Positions 1 through 9,266 of a stretch of DNA of 64,000 bases are shown piece after piece. Made by a program: the position numbers and the translations under genes. Below the pieces are notes generated by a model, which saw nothing but the letters and a program-made list of their open reading frames with translations, searched no databases and was not told where the DNA came from. The stretch spans positions 1-64,000 of the forward strand of contig JASMDC010000005.1 of the NCBI GenBank assembly GCA_030753015.1. The letters run 5' to 3'. The DNA is from Candidatus Undinarchaeales archaeon (GTDB lineage: Archaea > SpSt-1190 > JASMDC01). Numbering within the stretch: position 1 is the first letter of the stretch; each line of letters opens with the position of its first letter.

Positions 1-1
1 C

Positions 2-310
2 GACAAGCATGAAAGACATGTCGCGGTTGCTACGGCCAAAGATGTGCTTGAGAAGCAGCAGGATGACCTTCTGCTTGAGCGTGAGCTTCGGCTTCCGCCC
101 ACGCGGCTCGGCCCGGCGTATCTCGAGGAGCGAGATCGCCTCCTCCACGAGCGGCTCCAGACCGCGGATGGCGGTCTTGATACGCACCGCGAGCTGCTGC
201 TCGTACGTCCGCCAGTCCCGTTCTTTCTCGGGTTGGCTTTGCTTGTATTCCTTCACGATCTCGTCAAGGACGGACGTGAGCTCCCGCACCTCTTTCGTGG
301 TGACCTTCAC
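2..310 (-). CDS. ISA1214/ISNCY-type transposase, N-terminal part (continues beyond window)
   Basis: Manual translation from GTG at 310: VKVTTKEVRELTSVLDEIVKEYKQSQPEKERDWRTYEQQLAVRIKTA...RGRKPKLTLKQKVILLLLKHIFGRSNRDM. Open to the edge and absent from the ORF track. Confidence 0.65.
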   Translation of the reverse strand, partial: MKVTTKEVRELTSVLDEIVKEYKQSQPEKERDWRTYEQQLAVRIKTAIRGLEPLVEEAISLLEIRRAEPRGRKPKLTLKQKVILLLLKHIFGRSNRDMSFMLV

Positions 311-362
311 GCCGATATAATACACATAAAGTTATTTAAGTGTTTACATGTACACACATTAC

Positions 363-530
363 ATGCCTCGTCAGGTCAAAGCGATTGCCGGCGGAAAGCT
401 CGTCATCAAGGACGATGTGGAGGAGATCTTCGAAAAGAGGGTCACGCCTTATGGAAATGGTGCAAAGATCGATGCACAGAAAAAGTATATCGGACATCGT
501 GCGTTCGTGATCGTGATGAAAAAGGATTAG
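363..530 (+). CDS. DUF2080-family transposon-associated small protein
   Basis: EKRVTPYGNGAKIDAQKKYIGHRAFVIV is typical of DUF2080. TATTTAA at 334-340 favours the ATG at 363 over 348. Confidence 0.75.
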   Translation: MPRQVKAIAGGKLVIKDDVEEIFEKRVTPYGNGAKIDAQKKYIGHRAFVIVMKKD

Positions 531-609
531 TGGAAAGCTGTCACGATTTTATTTTGTCCCACAGCCGTCCCCTCCGAAATGTATATAAACGTCTAATGCC
601 ATATATTAC

Positions 610-624
610 TACTCGACGGGAGTA
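610..624. promoter_or_regulatory. Candidate TrmB operator TACT-N7-AGTA downstream of the TATA box of the GH15-like gene
   Basis: TACTCGACGGGAGTA is a palindrome (TACTC-N5-GAGTA). TATATAAA at about 582-589 places it over the expected transcription start. Confidence 0.5.
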
Positions 625-631
625 ACATCTT

Positions 632-2629
632 ATGGTCGAAATGCAGGTATCTGGAGATATTGCCGGCGGAGGTATGACCGGCAAGGGTGTAGAGGGTGGC
701 CCCCACTTCTTCTACACCGATATCAACGGTACCCGCGTAGAGAACTATCAGACCGACCTTGACGCCATCGTCGGCAACCTAGGCGGCGACTTCAAGTACG
801 GTGTGTCCCCCCAGGGCTATGTTGCGACCCTGCTCGATGGTGACGCTTCCTGCCATTCGCTGGAGTACGGCGGCAGGCAGGTGCACAACACCGTCAACGG
901 TATTCTGGAGCTGCGCCCGGTCAAGGGCGGTGAGGAGCTCAAGGCCACAGAGCTGGAGTACGCCCGAGCAGGCGATACCTACCTCCCCATCGTAGAAGCG
1001 ACCTACGGCGACACCGCCACCGGTGAGTTCTTCAGCACGACCGACGGCATAGGCGTTGCGCGCTACCACGGTAAGGACGTCGACACCGCCAAGGACCCCC
1101 GCGTCTTCATCCGCAACGAGTCCAGCCCCAACGTCTACCTGAAGCAGACAGACGCTCAGGCGCGAACGGGGACCGTCGACATCGACGGTGACTCCCAGTC
1201 GTACTTCGTCGAGATAAACCACATGAAGGGCGATACCTGGGGCGAGAACCGCGCGATCATCACGCTCACCTACGACAAGGACGGGGAGCACAACGTCCTC
1301 TTCGCCATGAGCCCGTACAAGGACGCGGACGCCATGGCCTCCCGCATGATCGAGAAGGTCGGCAAGATCGACCAGGAGCTGGACAAGGCTAAGGGCCAGT
1401 ATTCCAAAATCATGAAGGAGAAGGGTATCGACGTGTTCGGCACTTTCATCGACCATCTGGAGGATGTCGTCGACACCTACGGGGGCATCCCCCAGCGCAT
1501 CCGCATCGACGGCAAGCCCGCCTCGACCTGGGGCGAGCAGGTCGACCAGTTCGCGATCCCTCTCTCGACTATCCGCGAGGTAGGCGAGGGCATCGGCCGC
1601 ACCGCGCCCGCCCGCCGCACCGAGGAGCACGACCGCCTGTACAAGGTGGGCGAGCTCCTGGAGGTCATGCACTTCTTCCCCAAGCACGCCACATTCTCAG
1701 CGAGCCTGCCCTTCGACGCCACCGCAGTCCCCCTGGAGTCCACTGACGGGAAAATCAGGTACACTGCTTCCGGTGGCTACGGCGGCATGGAGTGGCCCGG
1801 CCGTGACGGCGCCCACATCGCCGGCGATCTGGCCCGGGACGGTTGGCACCGTTTCGACTCCAAGCAGAGCCTGTACAAGGAGGCCTGGCCCCTGGTGGAG
1901 AAGCTCGTTGGCAAGCTCGAGGAGAAGATGGGTCCCAATAACGAGGTCCCCTGGTCATTCTGTCCGTGGGAGCACTTCGCAGGCAAGCTCTCATACGTCG
2001 GTATCGAGGTGAGCCAGGGACTGAGAAACGCTGCCCACATTGCCGAGGAGCTCGGGTACAATGACAAGGCCCATGAATGGCTCAACAAGGCAGACATCCT
2101 CAAGCAGAAGACCATCGACCAGTTCTGGGACAACGACCAGGGCTACTTCATCCGCGAGGAGCACGATCGACACCTGGACGCCTCGCCCAACATGTCCGCC
2201 CTTCTCAACGGATTCCTGGACCTCTCCAAGGACAACGAGCGCCAGATGGCCGAGCGCATCCTCGCCGCAGTGGACCCGCGTTCCGCGGAGTTCGGCGGCA
2301 TCCTCCGTATGGAGGACGAGTACTACATCGGGCGCAACCCGTGGTTCGTGTGCACCGGCCAGTACGTCCAGGCCACCGAGAAGCTCGCCAATGCCGAGGA
2401 AGCGGTCGGTGACAAGGGCGCGGCCCAGGTTTACCGGGGAGTGGCCGACGGATTCATCTCCTGGATGGAGGAGCACCAGAACGACTCGGGTACGTACCCC
2501 GAGCAGAAGATGTTCCACCAGCCGCCCCGGACCGACGACGGCTCCAACATACCCCCTCTAAAAGGCTGGACCCTGCTCCCATGGTCCGAGGTAGAGGTCC
2601 GTAAGGCCCTCATCGCTCGGGACGAGTAG
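632..2629 (+). CDS. GH15-like (alpha/alpha)6 glycoside hydrolase (glucoamylase/trehalase-like), divergent
   Basis: Motifs WPGRDG, PWE, LDAS, GGILR..D.YY, NPWFVCT, YPEQ and LPWS occur in GH15 order. Codon bias is strong. Confidence 0.7.
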   Translation: MVEMQVSGDIAGGGMTGKGVEGGPHFFYTDINGTRVENYQTDLDAIVGNLGGDFKYGVSPQGYVATLLDGDASCHSLEYGGRQVHNTVNGILELRPVKGGEELKATELEYARAGDTYLPIVEATYGDTATGEFFSTTDGIGVARYHGKDVDTAKDPRVFIRNESSPNVYLKQTDAQARTGTVDIDGDSQSYFVEINHMKGDTWGENRAIITLTYDKDGEHNVLFAMSPYKDADAMASRMIEKVGKIDQELDKAKGQYSKIMKEKGIDVFGTFIDHLEDVVDTYGGIPQRIRIDGKPASTWGEQVDQFAIPLSTIREVGEGIGRTAPARRTEEHDRLYKVGELLEVMHFFPKHATFSASLPFDATAVPLESTDGKIRYTASGGYGGMEWPGRDGAHIAGDLARDGWHRFDSKQSLYKEAWPLVEKLVGKLEEKMGPNNEVPWSFCPWEHFAGKLSYVGIEVSQGLRNAAHIAEELGYNDKAHEWLNKADILKQKTIDQFWDNDQGYFIREEHDRHLDASPNMSALLNGFLDLSKDNERQMAERILAAVDPRSAEFGGILRMEDEYYIGRNPWFVCTGQYVQATEKLANAEEAVGDKGAAQVYRGVADGFISWMEEHQNDSGTYPEQKMFHQPPRTDDGSNIPPLKGWTLLPWSEVEVRKALIARDE

Positions 2630-2719
2630 CTCCGCAGGGCCTTTAGCGAACGAGTGCCCAGAGCAGGGAGCGTTGCTCTCTAAATAGGAGCCTCAGAAGT
2701 CGGGTGAACTTATCGGCGT

Positions 2720-3331
2720 CTATCCGCGTCGCGGCTCCCTATACCGCCGATGGGACACGATACGGGCCATCTTCTCGTTCTCGGCCTTGAGCTGGTCCCG
2801 CTCGGAGGAAAGCTTAGCTACCTTGTCCACGGTCAGGGACATGGTGAGGTCGGCCTCATGGACCTTCTTACAGGCCGAGGCAAGTTCGGTGACCTCGCGC
2901 CGCATTACTGCCATGTCCTTTGAGAGCCCTTCCATCTCCCCGCCCAGGCGCTGTGTGCGTTCGACGCCTTTAGCCAGGCGATTGACCTGATCCTCTACAG
3001 ACCGGACCACACGCTCCTCGATGGAACTGGCGACGGCCTCGCACAGACCTTCCCGCACCACACCGAGCTCGGCCAGCTCCCGTCGCAGACGGCGCATACC
3101 GTCCTCCACATCCTTGGACAGAGCGGCGGTACGTTCCAACTGAGCGGCCTCCTGCTCCAGGCCCTTGATGAGCCTCGTGTCCAGCTCATCGACTCGTTGC
3201 TCCATAGCCTCCACGCGATCGGTCATGCCACTGAGCTTCTGGTCGATGGATTGGACTGCCTTCAGCACCTTGGAGGCGGCCTCGTCGCTGTGACGCATTG
3301 CTTCAAGCGAATCCTTGAGAGTACCGTACAC
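2720..3331 (-). CDS. Hypothetical coiled-coil protein
   Basis: 203 aa of heptad-rich helical sequence, with GGAGG upstream and tandem to the next gene. Confidence 0.7.
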   Translation of the reverse strand: MYGTLKDSLEAMRHSDEAASKVLKAVQSIDQKLSGMTDRVEAMEQRVDELDTRLIKGLEQEAAQLERTAALSKDVEDGMRRLRRELAELGVVREGLCEAVASSIEERVVRSVEDQVNRLAKGVERTQRLGGEMEGLSKDMAVMRREVTELASACKKVHEADLTMSLTVDKVAKLSSERDQLKAENEKMARIVSHRRYREPRRG

Positions 3332-3347
3332 GTCGAAACGTCCCTCC

Positions 3348-3752
3348 TTATGAATAGGTCTTCTCCTTACGGAGCTTGGGGGTCGCCTTCTCGCGCCGGG
3401 ACTCCAGCGCGGCCTCGATGTTCACGATCTCGCCGCGAACGGTTCCAACGAAATGAGCAAGGTCTTGAAGGAATGAACGCTGTCGCTCGGTCTTGAGCTC
3501 GTCCCACCGCGTATCTTTAAGGCGGTCTAGCACCTCAAGGGCGGCATCTATCACTGGATCGAAGGCGACCGGCCTGCTCAGGAGCTCAACTCCTAGGTTC
3601 TCAAGCGTCTGGCTTCCCTGTCGGACGACCTCCAGGTTCCGTCGCAGCTCGTACTGGTCCGAATCGTCGATGCCTGCCGGGATCCGCTTGGCGGTGGCGT
3701 CGAAGGCGGCGATGGCCTTGGAAAGTACATCCAGAGCGTCTTTCCGTCCCAT
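3348..3752 (-). CDS. Hypothetical helical protein
   Basis: 134 aa ORF of normal composition, co-oriented with 2720-3331. Confidence 0.65.
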   Translation of the reverse strand: MGRKDALDVLSKAIAAFDATAKRIPAGIDDSDQYELRRNLEVVRQGSQTLENLGVELLSRPVAFDPVIDAALEVLDRLKDTRWDELKTERQRSFLQDLAHFVGTVRGEIVNIEAALESRREKATPKLRKEKTYS

Positions 3753-3919
3753 GCCACGTTACAGGCCGTGAGGAGATAAAAACGTTTTGGCTGCTGGGCG
3801 CGCCACACGACAACAAGCATCATGAAAGAGGTACTGCCAACCAATTATGAGGATTTCACTCGCACCCCTTGGAAAGCCATAAAAAGCCTATGCATTTGAC
3901 AGTCCACAGGTGCGAGATC

Positions 3920-4060
3920 GTGAAATTCTGCCTCTGTAAGGTCTGCTTTATGAGCCAGAGGTACTGTCTGTGCGACATCTGCCACAATTACCTGACCAAG
4001 AAGTGTTCCAATCGCATGCGCCGCATGAAATGCAAGGTCAAGCGGTTCTTGCTGAAGTGA
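3920..4060 (+). CDS. 46-aa basic, 8-Cys microprotein (putative zinc binder)
   Basis: MKFCLCKVCFMSQRYCLCDICHNYLTKKCSNRMRRMKCKVKRFLLK. GTG start preceded by AGGTG SD and CATAAAAA TATA-like box; third positions are mostly G/C. Confidence 0.6.
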   Translation: MKFCLCKVCFMSQRYCLCDICHNYLTKKCSNRMRRMKCKVKRFLLK

Positions 4061-4207
4061 CACCCGGTCAAGCTCGCCACGTCAAGCGGCAATGGCGGGA
4101 GGTCGCACTCAAATACACACATATCGCTGTAAGAACGTGCCTTCCATGGGCCGCCCTCTCCGAAACGTTTAAAAAATGACCTCCCGTCGGAGATAGTTAC
4201 CCGACGC

Positions 4208-4227
4208 ACTGCTTCGGCAGGAGGGTC
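4208..4227 (+). promoter_or_regulatory. cUUCGg hairpin abutting the rpl1 Shine-Dalgarno
   Basis: CTGC-TTCG-GCAG is followed directly by GAGGGTC and the ATG at 4231. TTTAAAAA TATA at about 4168-4175. Confidence 0.4.
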
Positions 4228-4230
4228 ACT

Positions 4231-4881
4231 ATGGAAAAGGCACACTACATCGAGGCGATCAAGAAGGCCCGTGAGGCCAAGAAGCGCCGTTTCTCACAAT
4301 CTTTCGACCTTGCTGTTTCTCTTCGGCACATCGACCTGAAGAAACCCCAGAATAAGATCGATACGGAGCTCACGCTCCCGCACGGTCGTGGCAAGGGCGT
4401 TACTGTTGCCATGATCGCTGATGGTGAACTGGCCAAGAAGGCCTCGGAGTTCGTCCAGCAGGTAATTTCCCCCGACGAACTGAACAAGCTCGGTAAGGAT
4501 CGCAAGAATGCCAAGAAGATTGCCGGACAGTTCGATTTCTTCGTTGTCCAGGTCAACCTCATGCAGAACTTCGCCAAGAGTCTTGGCCCCGTGCTCGGCC
4601 CCCGGGGAAAGATGCCCAAGCCGGGCCAGATCATACCGCCACAGGGGGATCCCGAGGCTGTCGTCAAGGGCCTCAAGAGCAAGATCAGGCTCACCATGAA
4701 GAGCCAACCAGTCCTTCACGCTTTTGTGGGCCACGAGTCCCAGAATGACGAGGACATCGCCGAAAACGTCCTTGCTGTGGTCAACTTCCTTGAACACAAG
4801 CTGGAGAATCCCATCCACCAGATCCACTCAATCTATATCAAGATGACCATGGGTCCGGCTATCCGGATTGGTGGTGAGTGA
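4231..4881 (+). CDS. rpl1: 50S ribosomal protein uL1
   Basis: KKRRFSQSFDL, LPHGRGK, LGPVLGPRGKMP, IKMTMGP. Confidence 0.97.
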   Translation: MEKAHYIEAIKKAREAKKRRFSQSFDLAVSLRHIDLKKPQNKIDTELTLPHGRGKGVTVAMIADGELAKKASEFVQQVISPDELNKLGKDRKNAKKIAGQFDFFVVQVNLMQNFAKSLGPVLGPRGKMPKPGQIIPPQGDPEAVVKGLKSKIRLTMKSQPVLHAFVGHESQNDEDIAENVLAVVNFLEHKLENPIHQIHSIYIKMTMGPAIRIGGE

Positions 4882-5899
4882 AATGGTCAAGCAGTGGAAG
4901 CTCGAGAAGGCGGACGAACTCCAGAAGGCTTTTATCAACAGCCCCACCACCGCAATCGTGAACGTGCACGGTATCCCTGCCCCTCAGATGCAGGGCATCC
5001 GGGCCGGTCTCAAGGACAAGGTCACCATCACAATGACGCGCAAGCGCATCATTGCGCGCGCGCTCAGGAACATACCGGGCAAGGAGAAGCTCGCGGAGCT
5101 CGCCGACCACATGAATGGTGAGACTGCGATTATTTTCACCGCCCTCAATCCATTCAAGCTCTATAAGGCGTTGGAGACCAGCAAGGTCAAATCTCCCGCC
5201 AAGCCCGGACAGACGGCGCCGTGTGACATCTTCGTCCCCGCGGGCGATACGGGCTACCCCCCCGGCCCCATGATCGGTGAGCTAGGGAAGCACGGTATCA
5301 AGTCGGGTGTGCAGAAAGGAACGATCCACATCACGAAAGAGAAGCTCATGGTCAAGGAGGGTGAGGTCGTCGCCGAGGACATGGCGGACCTTCTCTCCAA
5401 GCTCCATGTCGAGCCTATGGAGCTCGGGCTCGACCTCAGGGCCGCGTTCGAGGACGGGATCATCTTCCTCCGCAACGCCCTCATTATCGATGAGGCCGCA
5501 TTCCTCAACGACATCATGATGGCCCAGACATGGGCCATGAACCTGGCCATCAACAAGGGCATCATGACCCGTGAGACGACCGCCCCGCTGCTCTCCAAGG
5601 CATACCGGGACGCAATCGCTCTCGCGTCACACATCGCATTCCTTACGCCGGAAACGGCGGAGGCTATCCTCCAGAAGGCGAACGCCCAGTGCCTCTCCCT
5701 TGCCAGCGAGATCGCTAGTAAGGATCCTGCGGCACTGAGCGAAGAGGTGACGGCCGCCCTGTCGGCCCAGCCCGCCGCCCCGGCAAGTGCCGGGACCTCC
5801 CCCGAGGAGACCGCGGAAAAGACCGAGGCCCCCCCGGAAGAGGATGAGGAGAAAAAGGAAGAAGAGGCCGTTAGTGGCCTAGGAGCATTATTCGGGTGA
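4868..5899 (+). CDS. rplP0: 50S ribosomal protein uL10 (acidic P0)
   Basis: WK..., [28 protein letters not shown], acidic hinge and C-terminal GLGALFG. Exact start uncertain (4868-4883). Confidence 0.96.
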   Translation: MVVSEMVKQWKLEKADELQKAFINSPTTAIVNVHGIPAPQMQGIRAGLKDKVTITMTRKRIIARALRNIPGKEKLAELADHMNGETAIIFTALNPFKLYKALETSKVKSPAKPGQTAPCDIFVPAGDTGYPPGPMIGELGKHGIKSGVQKGTIHITKEKLMVKEGEVVAEDMADLLSKLHVEPMELGLDLRAAFEDGIIFLRNALIIDEAAFLNDIMMAQTWAMNLAINKGIMTRETTAPLLSKAYRDAIALASHIAFLTPETAEAILQKANAQCLSLASEIASKDPAALSEEVTAALSAQPAAPASAGTSPEETAEKTEAPPEEDEEKKEEEAVSGLGALFG

Positions 5900-5903
5900 T
5901 ACT

Positions 5904-6215
5904 ATGGAATACGTCTACGCTGCCATGTTGCTGCATAAGGCGGGAAAGGATATCAACGAGGCCAACCTGAAGAAGGTCGTTACCTCGACCGGTACGAAGG
6001 CCGACGAGACGAGGATCAAGGCGCTCGTGTCCGCCCTCGAGGGCGTCGACATCGCTGAGGTCATCGACAAGGCTGCCATCATGCCTACGGCCGCTACCGC
6101 GGCCCCCGCTGCCGCCGAGGCCGCTCCCGCTGCGGAGAAGGCTGAGGAGAAAGAAGAAGACACAGAAGCTAAGGCTGAAGAGGCCGTCGCTGGCCTGGGC
6201 GCCCTGTTCGGGTAA
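5904..6215 (+). CDS. rpl12: 50S ribosomal stalk protein P1/aL12
   Basis: [11 protein letters not shown]..., Ala-rich hinge, C-terminal AGLGALFG. Confidence 0.97.
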   Translation: MEYVYAAMLLHKAGKDINEANLKKVVTSTGTKADETRIKALVSALEGVDIAEVIDKAAIMPTAATAAPAAAEAAPAAEKAEEKEEDTEAKAEEAVAGLGALFG

Positions 6216-6238
6216 GCCCTTCGTCTAGGGATGCACTC

Positions 6239-7444
6239 TTGGATATCGGTAGTCTCAAGAACAGGATTGGCGAACTGGAGAAGCAGCGGAACGACTGCTC
6301 GAAAGAGATTGACGAGTCGAAAGGTCGTCGCGATCTCCTTAATCAGAAGATTCGTGAATCTGCCGGGAGTATCAAGGAACTGCGCAAGCTTCGTGATGAG
6401 GCTAACGCACAGGTGCGGGAACAAAAACATGAGCGCGCTCGCATCCAGAAGTTCGTGAACGAGCAACGGAAGGTCATGCGGGAAAAGCGCGAGCTGTTCC
6501 AAAAGATGATGAAGGACGCGCCCACGCGCATGGCCCCGCATGAGATCAAGGACACCATCGAGAAGATGGAGTTCGAATTCCAGACGAATGCCATGACCCT
6601 CGACCAAGAAAAGCGGTTCCTTGAGAAGATCAAGAAGCTGGAGCGAACATATCAGGTCAGGATGAAGGCCGAAGACGTCCATCAGGATATGATGAAGGCC
6701 GGTGATGAGCTGGACACGTTCCGGGAGCAAGTGGAGGCCGCTCACAAGAAGGTTGTCGAGTCCTCCGAGCTCTCGCAACAGCACCATGAAGCTCTCATCG
6801 GCCTCTCCCGCCAGATGGATCCCATGCGCCGGGACGCTGACCAAGCACATCGTTCCATGGTCGTTTCCCTGGAACGCAAGAAAGAAATCAATGGCCAGCT
6901 CGCCGAGGTCAGAAAACAGCTGCTTGAGGTCAAGGCGGAACGTCAGGCCCATGATCTGGCCGAACGCGAGGCCGCCCTCAAGCATAAGGCCGATGGTATC
7001 AAGGAGACGCTGAAGGGTAAGAAGCGCTTCGACCTTCGCCAGCTCCAGATTCTTGCTCAGACCGGTGAGGGCTTCTCCTTCGGAGGCGAGGACGGCGATG
7101 CCGTGAACATCGAGGGTAAGAGGGCCATCAAGAAGAGGAAGGCCGCCGAGAAGGCGGAATCTAAGGCTAAGGATATTCCCAAGAAGGCTGAACCGAAGAA
7201 GAAGGCCCCAGCCAAGAAGGAGGAACCCAAGGCCGAGGAAACACCCAAGAAGGCTAAACCGAAGAAGAAGGAACCCAAGGCCGAGGAAACACCCAAGAAG
7301 GCTGAACCGAAGAAGAAGGCCCCGGCCAAGAAGAAGGTCGTCGTTAAGGATGAACCTCCTACCGAGGCCACGTCAATCGAGACGCCGTTAGCTATATCAG
7401 AGGACGCGCAGCTTGAGGAAGCCCTCAAGGTCGAGGACATCTAG
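6239..7444 (+). CDS. Archaeal coiled-coil protein (COG1340-like) with Lys/Ala/Pro-rich C-terminal tail
   Basis: Long coiled coil, IEKMEFEFQT..MTLDQEK motif, KKRFDLRQLQIL, then K/A/P repeats. Confidence 0.75.
   Translation: MDIGSLKNRIGELEKQRNDCSKEIDESKGRRDLLNQKIRESAGSIKELRKLRDEANAQVREQKHERARIQKFVNEQRKVMREKRELFQKMMKDAPTRMAPHEIKDTIEKMEFEFQTNAMTLDQEKRFLEKIKKLERTYQVRMKAEDVHQDMMKAGDELDTFREQVEAAHKKVVESSELSQQHHEALIGLSRQMDPMRRDADQAHRSMVVSLERKKEINGQLAEVRKQLLEVKAERQAHDLAEREAALKHKADGIKETLKGKKRFDLRQLQILAQTGEGFSFGGEDGDAVNIEGKRAIKKRKAAEKAESKAKDIPKKAEPKKKAPAKKEEPKAEETPKKAKPKKKEPKAEETPKKAEPKKKAPAKKKVVVKDEPPTEATSIETPLAISEDAQLEEALKVEDI
7178..7337 (+). repeat. Intragenic imperfect tandem repeats encoding PKKAEPKKKAPAKK / EPKAEETPKK
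   Basis: CCCAAGAAGGCT(G/A)AACCGAAGAAGAAGG occurs 3 times and GGAACCCAAGGCCGAGGAAACA twice. Confidence 0.85.
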
Positions 7445-7510
7445 GTCCATCGGACCAGTCCTGTGACTATCCTTAGGAACCATTATTCGAGAAGTGGATA
7501 CGTTCTTGGA

Positions 7511-7873
7511 CTATGCCTCGTCCTTATCCTCATTCTCCGCTTGCCGCCGTCTCTCCTCGATCATCTGCTCGATCTTGGAGCCACCGATCTTTCCAGAGAT
7601 GTAACCCACTCCGAGACCCGTAACTATACCGGCGGAGCCTCCGACGAACCGGTAGTTCTTGAGGACCTCTTCGTCCTCGATCCCCTTGTACGCGGCGTAT
7701 TTGTCAGAGAGGAAGTTGCCCAGATGGTAGCCGCCATACACGAACAGGGTGGATGTACCAGCTATGGTGGCCATCTGAGTACCTGTAAGGTCTTCTGTGA
7801 TGGCATACCCCTCCAGTGCGTCACAGGCCCCCTGGCCCGCGGTTTCAAGATCATCAAGGTCAATATCATACAT
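7511..7873 (-). CDS. Hypothetical protein with two Gly-rich hydrophobic segments
   Basis: 120 aa ORF with a BRE-TATA (GAAAGGTATAAATAC, 7912-7926) upstream. Confidence 0.65.
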   Translation of the reverse strand: MYDIDLDDLETAGQGACDALEGYAITEDLTGTQMATIAGTSTLFVYGGYHLGNFLSDKYAAYKGIEDEEVLKNYRFVGGSAGIVTGLGVGYISGKIGGSKIEQMIEERRRQAENEDKDEA

Positions 7874-8006
7874 CGCGCTGTCCCCTGTGATGGACGATGG
7901 CAGGAGAGGCGGTATTTATACCTTTCGGCAAGGGCAGTTCTAGTCCGATGGGAGTCCGCGGAGGGCTGTCGACACGCTTAAGAACCTAATCCCCCTACCG
8001 ACCGGT

Positions 8007-9221
8007 ATGACGGATATCAAGCGTATCGGTATCATCACGAGCGGCGGTGACTGTGGCGGGCTCAACGCCGTCATCAAGGGAGCTGCCCGTATGGCCAATG
8101 CCCTTGACATCGAGACCTATGTCATTCCCAACGGCTACGCAGGCCTCTACAACCTCGTGGAGTTCGAGAGCCTGACGCGGCTCACATCCGACCGTATCGA
8201 CAATGTGGACGCCGCACTCGCTGGTTCGGAGGCAGGCCACTCGCGCGTCAAGATCAAGAAGATCAAGGACGAGGGCAAGTACGAGCGGATAAAGAAAGGC
8301 CTTGCCAAGTTCGGTATCGACGCCCTGGTCATCTCCGGCGGGGACGACTCGGGGTCCGTGATGGTCGACCTGGACGGCCAGGGCATACCCTGTGTCCACG
8401 TCCCCAAGACCATGGACCTCGACCTCCAGACCTACAGTGTGGGGGCAGATTCTACTATCAACCGCATCGCTAACTTCACAGTGGACCTCAAGACCACCGG
8501 TCGTACCCACAACCGGATCATCGTGCTCGAGGTGTTCGGCCGATATGCCGGGCATACTGCTCTTCGCGGTGGCATCGGCGCCGACGCGGACTGCATCCTC
8601 ATCCCCGAGATCCCGGCCGATTTCGACGTCGTGTACGAGCACGTGAAGAAGGTGTACATGGACCGGATCCGTGCCAGCGATGTCAACGCCGGTACTTACA
8701 TCCTCATCGTTGCCGAGGGGCTGCGGGACGCCGGTGGCAAGGAGCTGGTGGACGAGAGTGCCGGTGTCGATGCCTTCGGTCATAAAAGGCTGGCCGGCGC
8801 GGGCAAGTTCGTCCGTCAGGAGTTGTCCCGACGCTTTGCGGCCGATCCCGAGATCCCCGTGTTCATGAAGGAGCAGGGGCTCTTCGTGGAGGAGCTCTAT
8901 ATGGCCCCTGAGGTACGTGAGGTGCGTCCCGGCCACCTTGTACGCTGCGGACGGTCCTCTGCGTTCGATGTGAACTTCGGCAAGGAGGGTGGGGCCGCGG
9001 CCATCTTCCTCCTCCTCGAAGGCCTGTCAGGCATCACCGTGGTGGAGGTCGACGGCAGCAACATCCTCTACAAGCCAACAGCGGAGGTCATCGAGCAGCG
9101 TCTCGTGGACATGGACATTGTCTCGCTCTACGAGACCCAGGGCGTGTGCTTCGGCCGCGAACCGCAACAGTTCAGTCCTGTTATCACAAGGCACGAAGGA
9201 AAGGTCTGTCGCCACCTCTGA
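8007..9221 (+). CDS. pfp: PfkA-family phosphofructokinase, PPi-dependent signature
   Basis: TSGGDCGGLNAVI, GGDDS, PKTMD, EVFGRYAGH, VAEG, DAFGH. Confidence 0.9.
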   Translation: MTDIKRIGIITSGGDCGGLNAVIKGAARMANALDIETYVIPNGYAGLYNLVEFESLTRLTSDRIDNVDAALAGSEAGHSRVKIKKIKDEGKYERIKKGLAKFGIDALVISGGDDSGSVMVDLDGQGIPCVHVPKTMDLDLQTYSVGADSTINRIANFTVDLKTTGRTHNRIIVLEVFGRYAGHTALRGGIGADADCILIPEIPADFDVVYEHVKKVYMDRIRASDVNAGTYILIVAEGLRDAGGKELVDESAGVDAFGHKRLAGAGKFVRQELSRRFAADPEIPVFMKEQGLFVEELYMAPEVREVRPGHLVRCGRSSAFDVNFGKEGGAAAIFLLLEGLSGITVVEVDGSNILYKPTAEVIEQRLVDMDIVSLYETQGVCFGREPQQFSPVITRHEGKVCRHL

Positions 9222-9266
9222 GACAAATGAATCTACGTCACTGAACTCGTGGTGCTGCGCTCAAGG

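Larger units (their letters stand above)
1..566. mobile_element. ISA1214-like (ISNCY) insertion sequence, truncated by the window edge
   Basis: A transposase N-terminus on the minus strand is divergent from a DUF2080-like small ORF, the ISA1214 arrangement. The end near 547-566 is only a guess because the other end is outside the window. Confidence 0.55.

Noticed and set aside
779-1687. Long opposite-strand or alternate-frame ORFs (also 5915-6985, 11679-13085, 16995-18344, 37602-39071, 41475-42608, 53673-54848, 57003-58226)
   Set aside because: These are shadows of well-supported genes in GC3-rich DNA and carry no motifs.
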